Below, piece after piece: positions 37,150 through 50,786 of a stretch of 64,000 nucleotides of DNA. Where the stretch lies: assembly GCF_001194135.2 (NCBI RefSeq), contig NC_069004.1:25137887-25201886 (forward strand), written 5' to 3'. The stretch comes from Octopus bimaculoides (Eukaryota). Each line of letters opens with the position of its first letter. Within the stretch, counting starts at the first letter, position 1. The notes beneath the pieces are model-generated. The model was not told the origin of the DNA, made no database searches, and saw only the letters and a list, made by a program, of their open reading frames with translations. The position numbers and the translations under genes were made by a program.

Positions 37150-37760
37150 AGCTCTGCTTTGATAAACTCTTTGGGATACCGTATCTTAACAGGATAGGCT
37201 ACATGGCCATTGCTACTATCAAATACCTTGGAGAAATCCCCAAATACAATTCACGCTTCTTTCTTTGAAGATTCAGCATTTTCTGTGATTCTTCTGAAAG
37301 CAATTATCTGTGACAAGGTTGGTCTGTCTTTGATGAAGTGTACTGTACACATTAAATCCAAAACTGAAAAACTCGAACCCTCATTTTAAAATCAACATGT
37401 CTCTATTTGTGTAGATCTCAGAGAGCGACCCAAGTCAACCACATTGTGAGGGAAACCAGTGACCAGCATTTAGAGGCCTGGTTTCTTCAGATTGGTTCTG
37501 AGAGAAACAGACTGCCTGAGGAAAACAAACAGAAAAGCAATACAAACAATGAACCAGACCGAACGGCCGAGATAACTCATTCATAAACATCTATATGGTT
37601 CTGTAATTAGATCTATGAAGGAAACAAGCCTACAGATTCATCTAAGCCTGGAATTATTCTGTTTCCAAAGAAAGATTATCTTCAGTCTCAGAGTTATAAA
37701 GGAACTACACTCTTGATGTGCAGCCTTCAAACACTACAAAGTTTTGGTCCTTGGTAGAAT
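37150..37760 (+). mobile_element. Very degenerate Helitron/Pif1 helicase fragment
   Basis: Broken-frame echoes in the expected order: MAIAT.., TIHASF (cf. TAHSxFK), LKAIICDK (cf. IIWDE), EAWFLQIG (cf. FAxWLLxIG). Confidence 0.3.
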
Positions 37761-37963
37761 TACCTCTTATAACCATCCATGATTGAACGGGTCCTCCAAA
37801 AGCGAGCGATTAGGTGTGTGCACGCACACACACACACACACGCATGCACNNNNNNNNNNNNNNNNNNNNNNNNNNNNNNNNNNNNNNNNNNNNNNNNNNN
37901 NNNNNNNNNNNNNNNNNNNNNNNNNNNNACACACACACACACACACACAAATATATATACACA

Positions 37964-39174
37964 CAAAGGAGCGCAAGGTATTTGAGGACATACCTTTTTA
38001 GGGGTATTACTGCATTTTTTTTACTAACTCTGTATAATCTTTGTTTCAGAAAATAATAATGGCAGACCCTCAGCTTACTCAAGAAATGAAGAGCTATGCT
38101 GTTATTGTGGTTATAAAGGCTGAGTATAGCGATTTAGAATTACCTTGACTTTTAAAAGTTGCCAACTCTTTCGTCTTCAAAGTTTGTAAGGAGCTTGAGA
38201 CTGAAGACGAAAACGTATCACCAGTATCAAAGCATAAAAAAGCATTCTAAACACTCTGAAATCATCAGATCACCTGAATTTATCCAGCAAGTTCAACAAT
38301 CCCAGAAAGTCCACGAGGTCAACTGCAAAAAATCTCTATATATCAGAAGGAACAGTCAGTAATGTTGTCCACGAAGACATCAGATATAAGTCTTATATGA
38401 TGAGGAAAAGTCAATTTATATCAGAAAAAGCAAAAGAAAATCACAACATCAGATCTAAAAGGTTTTTAAACAAACTGAAAAATCCAACAGAAGATTTTAT
38501 TTGGTTTTTATCAAACGAGAAAAACTTCGACCAATATCAAAACGTTAACAGAAGAAATGACAAAATTTCCTGCAATTGTCATGGTATTAGGAGTTGTGAG
38601 TTATGAAGGAGATGTGATGCCTCCTTACTTCTTTCCATAAGGCCTTAGAGTTAACTCTGCCCCCTACATTGTGGTCCTGGAAATAATTGTTAAGCCCTGG
38701 ATAGACAGTGTCTGTAATGGAAGGCCATATGTGCTTCAGGAAGACTCTGCACTATCACACATGCCTCTGGTAACACAGGAATGGATGGTTGAAAATTTCC
38801 ATGATCACATAACCCCTAACATTTGGCCTCCTAATTCCCCAGATCTCAATCCATTCAACTATTACATGTGGAGCATTATTGAGAAAGAGGTCAATGAACA
38901 CCCCCGTAACACCAAATATTCTTTGAAAGCTGCCATAGTCAGAGTAATGCCCAAAATGAACCAGGACCACTTGATTCGAGCATGGAGATGATTTAGATCT
39001 CATATAGAAGCAGTTGTTGAAGCTGAAAGTGGTTTTATTGCATAACATTATAGAAAAAAACGTTTATTTTTATCCTCATCGCATTTTTTGATAAAGTTAT
39101 TATCTGTTATTTATATATCTGTTTTTTTTTATGTAAACATAAAATCTCTCCTGAAATATCTTACGCATCCTGTA
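37964..39174 (+). mobile_element. maT (DD37D) Tc1/mariner transposon, near full length, inactive
   Basis: Imperfect TIRs (aggagcgcaaggtatttgagga at ~37967; tcctgaaatatcttacgcatcctg followed by TA at 39149-39174). Transposase pieces WFLSNEKNFDQ, LQEDSALSH and WPPNSPDLNPFNY, with 37 residues between the 2nd and 3rd catalytic positions; D1 and D3 read N; several frameshifts. Confidence 0.88.
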
Positions 39175-39575
39175 TATATTCTTTTATTCTTTTACTTGTT
39201 TGAGTAATTTGGCTGCGGCTATGCTGGAGCACTGCCTTTAGTTGAACAAATCGATCTCAGGACTTATTCTTTGTACGCCTAGTACTTATTATATCGGCCC
39301 CTATTGCGGAACCGCTAAGTTACAGGGACGTCAACACACCGATATCAGTTGTCAAGAGAAGGTGGAATGACAAACACAGACACACTAATATATACATATA
39401 TACATACATATATACGACGGGCTTCTTTCAGTTTCCGCCTACCAAGTTCACTCACAAGGGTTTGGTTGGGCCAAGTCTATAGTAGAAGGCACTTACGCAA
39501 GGTGCCACGCTATGAGATTCAACCCGGAACCATGTGGTTGGGAAACAAGTTCCTTACTACACAGCCACGCCTGCG

Positions 39576-39614
<39 letters not shown>

Positions 39615-39624
39615 NNNNNNNNNN

Positions 39625-39663
<39 letters not shown>

Positions 39664-39692
39664 GCGTATGTGTTTCATATACATATATATAT

Positions 39693-39723
<31 letters not shown>

Positions 39724-41863
39724 CATACTAACAAATATGCGCTTACATACATGTCACTATATATATAATATTATATATACATATTTGTATACACACACAC
39801 GCACGTGTGTGTGTGTGTGTCTGTGTGTGTGTGTCTGTCTGTGTCACTAAGATAACATCTTAGTTATATATAAAAACACAGCAATCAATAGAAGAAACTA
39901 TCATCCTAGCATCCTATGGATCGATCGTGAAGTACTCACTTCCCGATGACCTCCTATGCAACCATGCTATTGATGGACCAGCATATTTTAGCAAAAATCT
40001 GAAACAGAAGTAATTTGAATAACAACAATAGAATTTGATATTAGCGACGCTGGCAGTATTAGTTCAAAACAGCATTTGGTAGAACTTATTTAACGTAAAT
40101 ATTCTGTAGAAAGTCACCCCACTGCGGTATTCGTCTTAAGAAAATATCTCTTATAAACGTATAGTGATGAAAAGCACATAAGTGTGTGATAAGCACACAG
40201 AAGGCGTACAGCGGCGGTGATAGAATTCTAAAATCGAAATTTCTGCATCTTTGCTCGTCATCAGTAGCACGTATCCACTAACAAGCGCATGTTTAAACGG
40301 AATTAGCTGCTATGGATATAGAAAAATAATGGTTGATATATCACTAGCGACACAAATAGCCGGAGAGCTGGGAAATCTTTCGCTATTAGAGACGAAAGCA
40401 ATGGTAGTTCAGAGCAGCAATCTGTAAATTGTACTTAACGTAGATATACTGTGAGAAAGCCACTTAACCGCTGTATTCGTCTTCAGAAAGTAACGCGCTA
40501 ACAGAAAAGGCGGCGTGCTGGCAGAAACGATAGCGCGCCGGGCGAAATGTTTAGCAGTATTTCGTCTGTCTTTATGTTCTGAGTTCAAATTCTGCCGAGG
40601 TGTACTTTGCCTTTCATCCTTTTGGGGTCGATAAATTAAGTACCAGTTACGCACTGGCGTCGATGTAATCGACTTAATCCCTTTGTGTGTCCTTGTTTGT
40701 CTCCTCTATGTTTAGCCCTTTGTGGGCAATAAACAAATAAGAAAGTATTGTGCATCGACTTATAGTGCTAAAAGGTACAAATGCTTTGTGGCTTTCTGCA
40801 GTACGTTACCGTATACAAAAGGCCATAATAAAATTGTCATGCTATGGTAAATTCCCAATATTATTGAAGTTGAGGCTAATATAAACGTAAAGTGTAGCCT
40901 CCCTTGCGCTTATAACTCTTAGGTCATATCTTGAGCGTTATACATTTGCTACTGAAGAGTAGGAAATAGCTGCGAAATATTTAATGAGCAAAGGAGATAA
41001 TGAGGATTTAAAATCCCAAGATGCAACGGTCAATGGCGTTTATGTCACTTTTCTGCGAAAGGCGCTATATGTCTTATCAGAAGCTGCCATCTCATATTAA
41101 TTTTAAATTTTGATGCAAGGACAGCAGTTTTGGGGTAAAGGGGTTTGTCGATATCGAACCCAATACTCCCGAAAGGATGAAAGGCCAAGCCAACCTCGGC
41201 GGAATTTGAACTCAGAACGCATAGACGGATAAACTGCTGCTAAGCTCACCGACTTGTACTGCCTCACATTCCAACATGCCATTATTATTAATACAATATA
41301 CAATAAGGCAGCAAACTGACAGAATCGTTATCGCGCTGGACGAAATGCTTAGCAGTATTTCGCCCGTCGCTACGTTCTGAGTTCAAATTCCGCCGAGATC
41401 GACTTTGCCTTTCATCCTTTCGGGGTCGATAAATTAAGTACCAGTTGCGTACTGGGTAGATGTAATCAACTAGCCTCTCCCCCCAAAATTTCGGGCCTTG
41501 TGTTTAGAGTAGAAAGGATTAGTAATAATACAATATACAATAAGGCGGCGAACAAGCAGAATCGTTAGCACGCCGGATGAAATACTTAACTCTATTTCGT
41601 CCGTCTCCATGTTCTGAGTACAAATTCCGCTGAGGTCGACTTTGCTTTTTACCCCTTCGGGGTCGATAAAGTAAGGACCAGTGAGACACTGGGGTAGATG
41701 TAATCGAGTAATCCCTTCCTCTAAAATTTCATGTCTCGTGCCTTTATTACAAAGGTTTATTACAATATACAATAGAAGCTATATGAACTTTTACTGTGAC
41801 ATAAATACAAACAATAGCTCTGTCATTGAATATATACACACCAATAGAACGAATATTATTGAG

Positions 41864-41976
41864 ACATTCTCATCAAAGTTTCTACCAACTGTAAACGGAA
41901 CAGACTTGATGTAGTTACGATCTGTATTCCAGAAGATTTTGGGGTGGGAGAAAGTGTTATAACTGTCCCAGATTAA
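41864..41976 (+). pseudogene. Orphan cadherin-like exon fragment
   Basis: After a weak AG the frame reads ILIKVSTNCKRNRLDVVTICIPEDFGVGESVITVPD*; IPEDFGVGESVITV resembles the EC-repeat start (v.E..pvG..V.tV). No clear donor before the stop. Confidence 0.3.
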
Positions 41977-42139
41977 ATTAATTTTAATATAATAGTAGTA
42001 CACATCTAATAAACTGACTAACCTTTGTTTATTCTGTGTTGAAGGAAATGGCTGAAACCATACTTTAGGCACACTCCACTAAACATTGCTTGTCACAGCT
42101 CATTAGTTTGGTGTATTCAGCCGGGACGTGAAGATAATA

Positions 42140-42760
42140 TGGAATCTCGTTATGCAATAAAGTTTAGAGTTAAACTGGGCAAAAACGCTACAGAAACTTA
42201 TGAAATGCTCCAGACTATTTATAAATTAAAGTGCATGGACAAAGCATCTATTTTTCACTGGTACAAGAAGCTTGACAGAGAAAGTCCACTGAGAAGCTCA
42301 GGATGATCCCCTTTTTCAACAGCAAGGGCATCATCTTCTTCCACAGGAAGCTCTCTGATCAGACGATCAAGAAAGATTATTTTGAGGATGTTTTAAGGGA
42401 GTTCATGAAAAGATTTCGTCGCAAAAGGCTAGAGCACCCGCACCACGACAATGTATCAGTCCACAGTCCCAGAGACAGAGATGGGCGTCAAAACTGTCCT
42501 TCACCCTTTCTTACAGCCCAGACTTTGCTCTCTGTGATTTTGACTGTTCCCTAATTTGAAGAAGATGGAGTTGTGACAAGGTCCTCCACACCTTTACTCT
42601 GGAGGACTTCCACAGCGCTTTCAGGAAGTGGCTCGGTGAACGAACCCAAGTGCAATGAAGTCAAAGGATCCAACTTTGAAGGAGGTCAGATTTTGTACGT
42701 CTTTGAAATCAATAAATGCCTCTCCTAAAAATAGCTAAAACTTCTTGAATGTACCTTGTA
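42140..42760 (+). mobile_element. Mariner remnant with right TIR
   Basis: YAIKF.VKLGKNATETYEMLQT, FFNSKGII, HHDNVSVH, SPDFALCDF pieces; ends in ...cttcttgaatgtaccttgTA. Confidence 0.75.
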
Positions 42761-43326
42761 TTTGGAACCCATGAGTAGACAGAAATTTGTGAACCCACAG
42801 ATCCGAACATCTAAAATGAGTGAGAGGAGGAAATATTTATGGACAAGTTAACTGCATCGGAACATGTAAAGCCTCTACTCGCATTATAAATTCGTTTGCA
42901 CCAATAATCATTGGAACATGGAAAATCTAAGCTTTTCAGGGGCGAAATAAAAATCACACTCAGGTACTTTGTAAAAAAGAAGTCTAATGGAAGAAGTTGA
43001 AATAAGCAAACCTTCAATGAAGTTTGATATAAAATAATTGTCGTTTTTCTATCAAAATTCCAGTGATGGGATTCTGTTAGAAACCTGCTCCCTGCCAAGA
43101 AGAATTTTAACAAAGATATATAAATGCATACGAACACACACCCACGTACACACATTCATATATACATATATATATGTTTGTACATGTGTGTATATAGCAC
43201 TGCATGAAAACGGTGAGCCAGCATGGTTGCAGTCTTTTTGTGTCTGTGTGTATGTATGTGTGTATATATATGTGTGTGTGTGTGTGGGCGGGCGTGCGTG
43301 TGTGTGTGTGTGTGCGTGTGTGTGTG

Positions 43327-43396
<70 letters not shown>

Positions 43397-45112
43397 TGTG
43401 TGTGTGTGTGTGTGTGTAAAATGATTTGTCACAAAAAAGAAGTGATTTCATTCACACTTTATAATAAACTTCGATCTGCTCGGCTCGAAGCCAGCAGATA
43501 TGAGCACGAAAATCTCTGAATATTTCACGTGATTCCATTATTCCATTGTTAGTACTTCACATAACAATCTAAGATAATTACACGGTATTCAATGACTATA
43601 TTCAACCCAAAACAAAAGGAAGAGAATTTATGAGAAACACTTTAGTAATTCGTTAGGAAGACAAAAACCTAGGAATGAACACAAAATATTAAGAAAACAA
43701 GACATTTATTGCTCATCATTAGGACGTATAATCATTGAAATAAGCAGGTTATTTCAGTGTTTTGAGGTGGATTCGGAGATAGTCTGTTGATATTGTATTA
43801 GAGTAGTGTGAAGGTGTTTGGCTTAGTGCTTCATTTGTGGGTTTCGTTCCCGGACTGGCAGGTGCGTTGTGTTCTTGATTATAAAACTTCGTTTCCTGTT
43901 AATCTGTGATCACTTCGACTTGACATCTGACGTATGGCACACCGTGCTCCTATAACAGCCAATGTCGATTTGACCGAGCACAAGCATTTGATCATTATAG
44001 GCGCGGGCGTGGCTGTGGTAAGAGGCTTGCTTCCCAGCCACATGGTTCCGTGTTCAGTCCCACTGCGTGGCATCTTGGGCAAGTGTCTTCTACTTTGACC
44101 TCGGGCCGACTAAACTGGAAGCCTGTCGTATATATATACATACATATATATATATNNNNNNNNNNNNNNNNNNNNNNNNNNNNNNNNNNNNNNNNNNNNN
44201 NNNNNNNNNNNNNNNNNNNNNNNNNNNNNNNNNNNNNNNNNNNNNNNNNNNNNNNNNNNNNNNNNNNNNNNNNNNNNNNNNNNNNNNNNNNNNNNNNNNN
44301 NNNNNNNNNNNNNNNNNNNNNNNNNNNNNNNNNNNNNNNNNNNNNNNNNNNNNNNNNNNNNNNNNNNNNNNNNNNNNNNNNNNNNNNNNNNNNNNNNNNN
44401 NNNNNNNNNNNNNNNNNNNNNNNNNNNNNNNNNNNNNNNNNNNNNNNNNNNNNNNNNNNNNNNNNNNNNNNNNNNNNNNNNNNNNNNNNNNNNNNNNNNN
44501 NNNNNNNNNNNNNNNNNNNNNNNNNNNNNNNNNNNNNNNNNNNNNNNNNNNNNNNNNNNNNNNNNNNNNNNNNNNNNNNNNNNNNNNNNNNNNNNNNNNN
44601 NNNNNNNNNNNNNNNNNNNNNNNNNNNNNNNNNNNNNNNNNNNNNNNNNNNNNNNNNNNNNNNNNNNNNNNNNNNNNNNNNNNNNNNNNNNNNNNNNNNN
44701 NNNNNNNNNNNNNNNNNNNNNNNNNNNNNNNNNNNNNNNNNNNNNNNNNNNNNNNNNNNNNNNNNNNNNNNNNNNNNNNNNNNNNNNNNNNNNNNNNNNN
44801 NNNNNNNNNNNNNNNNNNNNNNNNNNNNNNNNNNNNNNNNNNNNNNNNNNNNNNNNNNNNNNNNNNNNNNNNNNNNNNNNNNNNNNNNNNNNNNNNNNNN
44901 NNNNNNNNNNNNNNNNNNNNNNNNNNNNNNNNNNNNNNNNNNNNNNNNNNNNNNNNNNNNNNNNNNNNNNNNNNNNNNNNNNNNNNNNNNNNNNNNNNNN
45001 NNNNNNNNNNNNNNNNNNNNNNNNNNNNNNNNNNNNNNNNNNNNNNNNNNNNNNNNNNNNNNNNNNNNNNNNNNNNNNNNNNNNNNNNNNNNNNNNNNNN
45101 NNNNNNNNNNNN

Positions 45113-45162
<50 letters not shown>

Positions 45163-46529
45163 TGTGTGTGTGTGTCTGTCTGTGTTTGTATTAATCCCGC
45201 CCACTGGTGTTGGTTTATGTACGTCCCTGTAACTTAGCGTTTGTGCAAAAGAGACCGATAGAAAAAGTTCAAGACAAACTAGTAAGTACTGGAGTCAATT
45301 TGTTCGACCAAATACTTCGAGGTGTTGCCCCAGCATGGCCGCAGTCAAATGACTGAAACAAGTAAAATGTAAAAGACAAGGTAGTGAAGTGGCTGAGTTG
45401 TGAGGGAGTTCGATAGATGCCCTCGCAATATTTGTCCCGACACTTTGTTTATGCTCGGAATTCAAATCTCGCCGAGATCAACTTTAAATTTTCTCCTTTC
45501 GGGATTCCAAAAATTGTGCCAATCTGTTGTAGTGGCAAACTGTTGTAGTGGTAGAGCTGTTAGAGTGATGGACGAGATGCTTTGCAGTATGTGTTCCAAT
45601 TCTTTGCGCTCAGAAACCCTGCCAGCAAGTGATTTGTGTATCTAATTCACAGAATTAATAATAAAATGAGCCGGTTGTTTTTTTTATTGTTAAACGGCAG
45701 TATGAACTGATTGTTTGTTCAAAGTTCTAGAAAGCAATGATCTTAACTGTCATTAAAATAGATGGAGGTTATCCGTTTCACTGTTTTATAATCTCGCCTC
45801 TCATTTGCATTACATATAGCACTATTTCTGTATATCACACTATACTGTAACGTTCAATTTGTCCGTTTGATGATAGATAATAAGAAACGTTGTAGTCTTA
45901 TGAATAGTCTGTCTACTTTAAAATTTTTGATAGGAGATTTATATCGACTATCATATTAGGAAGTAATTAACATGCTTGAATTTTAAGCTAATACGTATTG
46001 TTGCATTTTAGCTCTTACAACTAATTTGGCTCTTGCAGAACTCTTAATTCTATATTTCTTTTATATAACAGCCACTCTATGTGAATAGAATCAAATTGGT
46101 TGACGATATTGCATTAAGCCGCAACACACTGATGATATAGATATTATCTGTTTCGAGAATACGTAACGAACCAATTGTTGAGATAATGAGGTGCTCTTAG
46201 CTCTAGCTTCTAGTTTCTTAATTGCTTCAGAACACTCAGCTGCATAAAAAAAAAATATGAAGAAAAAGACACTACAGAGAACGTTGATATTATTTAAGTT
46301 CCTGACAAGAATGCTTCGTTTCCAACAAAATATTTTATCTATTTTGGTGACTGTGTATTAAGAAGCTTGCTTCCCAACAACCTGGTTCTAGATTCAGTCC
46401 CCCTGCGTGTCACCATGGGGTAGTGTATTCTACTATAGGCTCGGGCCGATCAAAGAATTGTGAGTGGATTTGGTAGACGGAAACTGAGAGAAGCCCGTCC
46501 TATATATGCATATATATGTGTATGTGCGG

Positions 46530-46602
<73 letters not shown>

Positions 46603-47597
46603 TGTCTGTCTGTTTGTCTGTCTGTGTTCGTCCCCCACCACCGCTTGACAACCGGTGCCTGCAAAAGCGACTGATAGAGTAAGTACTGGGGTCGATTCAT
46701 TCAACTAAAACAAATTGCTCAGCGCGGTGCTCCAGTATAGCCGCAGTCTAATGACTGAAACAAGTAAAAGATAAAAGATAAAATACACAGTAAACCGAAT
46801 TAAAAATTAAACGCTAAATATGTTGCAATTTCCAAGAAGAGGAAACCCGAGTAGAGGTTGCAGTCAGTTGGGTTCCGCCACCAGCTTGCATTCTCTAAAC
46901 ACCTGACTAAGGAAACTTATTCCTCTTGAAGTATAGTTATTGTAGCAGAACGCCGATTCTGATTGGCTGGCTACTTCCTCTGTCTAGCCAACCAATGGCA
47001 CTCGAAGACAGTCATGATTTTGGGGACGACCTCACGACAGAGGTAAAAGGCGCAGAGCGAAAATCAATTGGAGGATGACATCTCAAGGTAACCTGAAGAC
47101 AGGAAACATTAATCTGAATCGGTGTGATGCATGAATAACATTCAATCGAACCTGGGGGAGGAAGCTCGCCGCCAAATGCGATGAGCAGCGCAGGAGGCTC
47201 TAAAGCTAAGTTAAAAAAAAACTGAAGGATTATAGTTAAATCCCTACTCTGTGTCTGTGTGTGTGAGTAAATCTTGCAAAGTTTCGTCAAACACTATTTC
47301 TCTGTCTTTTTCTCAGTGTATCGCATCTACAAAATAATGAACGAAGCTTTGTGAAGTTTTTACAGTTTCTTTCAGTTCTCTACTAAAAATAGCTTTACTA
47401 TTTGTTATTACAAATGTTAAACCCCATAAAATATTATAATTCGTTGTTTGCAGGACCATTAAGTTGCGGGGACGTAAACAAACCAATACGTGTTATCAAG
47501 CGGTAGGGGATAGAAAAACAAGCACAAAGACATGCACATCTATATACACACACACACACACACATTAATATTAACATAGCTAAGTTTTCATTTTAAA

Positions 47598-47687
<90 letters not shown>

Positions 47688-48989
47688 GGAGGGAGGGAGA
47701 GAGACAGACAGACAGACTGGCATTGGTTAGACACGGCATTGGTCGGCTCGTGGATATAGCAGAAGACATATGCCCAACATGCTGCAAAGAGGGATTGAAC
47801 TCGAAACTACGTGATGACAAAGCGTGCTTCTTTACCACACGGCTATGCCTTCGCTTAATTCCCGTGAATTGATTAAGAAATTACAAATGATTTGAATCGG
47901 AAATGTATCTCTCCGTGTATAACCATTAATAATACATAAATAGTTAATCATTCAACGCTCTTTTGTCATCCATTTTGTTGTCTGTGACAACTTTGTGAGT
48001 GCTTTGGCAACTTTAAAGCTATAATTACCCCTATCAACCAATGTCTTATTAATTTCATCTTCATTGAATTGGTGGTTTTCAAAACCATGATTTCAAGTGG
48101 AACGATGTGTGAGTATTGCATCCAGAGAAATTCCTAAGCTTCAATGAGTAACTTCGAATTTTTGAAGATAGTAAAATATATTGCTAAATTTTGGATCAGC
48201 GCATATAGCAGCTATAATTTCAGATGGAAAAGACAAGTTTGACTGAAATTTTAATTCTTCAGGGATACCTAAATAGCAGAATTACTTCTTCCACGCTCAA
48301 CACAATCTTGTGCTAGCCATTTAATCGTTTAATAATAGTTATTTAGCAAAATGGTTGGAATTAGTTTTTCAGTTAAGTTTGTTTTCGTCAACAGATTGTA
48401 GCTATGAGATGAACACTAACACTTTTCGCAGTATCTTCTCGAATCAAAATCAATTCAGTAACATTATCCATAAGTTAGCGATGTTGTAATCCTATCTGTG
48501 CCAAAAGACATTTCCACTTGGCTGCCTTTTAGGATAACACTGCTGGCACAATTGTAATATCTCTTATGAACTTATAATTAATATTGGTTACGAATATTGG
48601 CCGCAGGCCAGTAATTTTAAGGAAGGAGATAAATCGATTACATCAACCCCAGTGTTCAACTAATACTTATTTTATCGACCCAGAAAGTCGACCCTGGTGG
48701 AATTTGAACTCAGAACGTCTTATGATTAATATAATAATTGCACAGAAGGCTGCGAGCTGGAAGAATCGTTAACACCACGGACAAAATGCTTAGCGGCATT
48801 TAATTCGTCTTGACGGTCTGAGTTCAAATTCCGCCTAGGTCGACTTTGCCTTTCATCCTCTCGGGAGTAGATAAAATAAGCACCAGTTGAGCACTGGGGT
48901 CGATGTAATTGATGAACCCTTCCCCCCGAAATTGCTGGGCATGTACCAAAATTCGAAACAAGTTTTAATTACACAGTTATAATCTTACA

Positions 48990-49330
48990 ATTACGAAACA
49001 AGCATAAGAGTATTGCCTTTTGGCAATACACCCACGATTTCTCGAAGACCTGCAGCATTGTAAATATTTGTTCGGCTGTGCTGCATTCGGAGCGAAAACC
49101 ACATTGTTCGTCAGCTAGCCTGAACTCGACAATAACATTAAATCTCTTTGCAAGACACCTAGCGTAGACATAATAAGCAGATTCCTCTATAATTAGAGCA
49201 ATCCCTCTCGTCCAGATGAGCTTGGTTGGTCTTGCTTGGGGGTCCAGCCGGATCAATTGGAGACGGTTACTTATGACATGATCCGATGGGAGATGTGCTT
49301 GAGGATTCTGTCCCCACGATCTTCCCAGGG
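48990..49330 (-). mobile_element. RTE-type LINE reverse transcriptase fragment
   Basis: VYARCLAKR..IVE..LADEQCGFRSECSTAEQIFTMLQVFEKSWVY matches the QxGFRxxRSTxDQIF RT motif. Confidence 0.8.
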
Positions 49331-49457
49331 ATACATAGGCTTAAATGAGATGAGATAATCCTGCAAATTAAGAGACATACTATCTAAACCCAGCCGATTT
49401 TTCAGAAGTGGAAGAGAAAGTGCGATAGAGAGACGGGGATAAAGAGAGGGGGCAAGG

Positions 49458-49459
<2 letters not shown>

Positions 49460-49511
<52 letters not shown>

Positions 49512-49735
49512 GAAGGAAGAAAGAAAGACAGAAAGAAAGAAGGAAAGAAGGAAAGAAGGAAAGAAACAAAGAAACAAAGAAACAAACAAAGAAAAGAAAA
49601 GAAAAGAAAAGAAAGAGTGAGAGAGAGAAGAAAGAAAGAAACAAAGAAGCGAAAAGAGAAAGAATGAAAGAAAGAAAGAAAGAAAGAAAGAAAAAAGAAA
49701 GAAAGGAAGAAAGAAAGAAGGAAAGAAGCGAAAAG

Positions 49736-49786
<51 letters not shown>

Positions 49787-49800
49787 AACACGGAGAGAAA
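49460..49800. repeat. (GAAA)n purine-rich microsatellite
   Basis: Direct reading; it causes the spurious FLSF-rich ORFs. Confidence 0.95.
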
Positions 49801-50064
49801 GAGAAAACACAAATGACCACAATACTGGTAATATATTTATTGAACAAGGAAGGGCAAAAGGCAAAGTTGACTACTGCCGGATTTGAAATAAGAAGGCGAA
49901 AATACCGGAGCGGATTACGCTCTATCCAAGGTGTGAACGACTTTATCAATTCGCCGCCTATTGTATGCCTTTGTGTACCTATAACTACGTATTGCCTTTG
50001 CGTGTGAGTGTGTGTTGTGTATGTGCGTGTATACGCGTGTGTATGTATGTGTATGAATGTGTGT

Positions 50065-50390
50065 ATGTAGCTTAGTGGTTAGGAGATTTGGCTCACGATC
50101 GCAAGGTTGTGGGTTCGATTCCCAGCGGGGGATTGTGTCCTTGAGCAAGACACTTTATTTCACGTTAATCCAGTCCGCTCAACTAGCGATTACGAGTGAG
50201 TCGTATCTGTATTTCAAAAGGCCGGCTTTGACATCCTCTGTTTCATACTGAATCTCCCTAATAACTACGTTAAGGTTACCCGTGTCTGCGGAGTGTTCAG
50301 CGACTTTCACTTTCATTTCACAGGCAGGCTGCTCTGTTGACCGAATCAATTGGAACCCTCGTTGACGTAAACAACTGAGTGTCAGTGTGT
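50065..50390 (+). mobile_element. tRNA-derived SINE family D
   Basis: A/B boxes tagcttagtgg and ggttcgattcc, then gtgtccttgagcaagacactttatttcac. Related copies at ~430-660, 43810-43990 (+) and 8330-8640, 32990-33260, 62060-62345, 63620-63830 (-). Confidence 0.8.
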
Positions 50391-50786
50391 ATGTGTGCGT
50401 GGGTATTTCACGTGTCCTTGATTATATGAGAAGACTGTTATAGATATATGTACTCATGCATTTATGTAGTAAAAGTGTGGAAAGACATCACATAATCATT
50501 CACCAGAAGCAATAGCTAACACCTATTGCAAGAGGCGACCATCATTGCCACATCAGTTGAAGTAAACTAAAAGTCCCAAACAGAACTGAAAAGCTATGTC
50601 CGTGCTGCTCATGTTTTAGAAAACTATCAAGCGATGACACGACAGGAAATCGATTTGCGGCCGTAATGTATGCATGCATCTGTTTGTATGCATATATGTA
50701 AGTAACTATGGATATATGCATACATGTATGTAAGAATATATGCTTGCATATATATGTATGCATTTACATATATATACATGTATATA

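Noticed and set aside
46070-46160. LVDDIAL as an RT YADD-like motif, and a nearby CTGATGA as an HHR
   Set aside because: Single short motif without flanking RT similarity; the HHR lacks GAAA and helix I.
47950-48540. Broken minus-strand frame with IAAICADPKF, hAT-like
   Set aside because: One weak motif amid stops; cannot be supported without a search.
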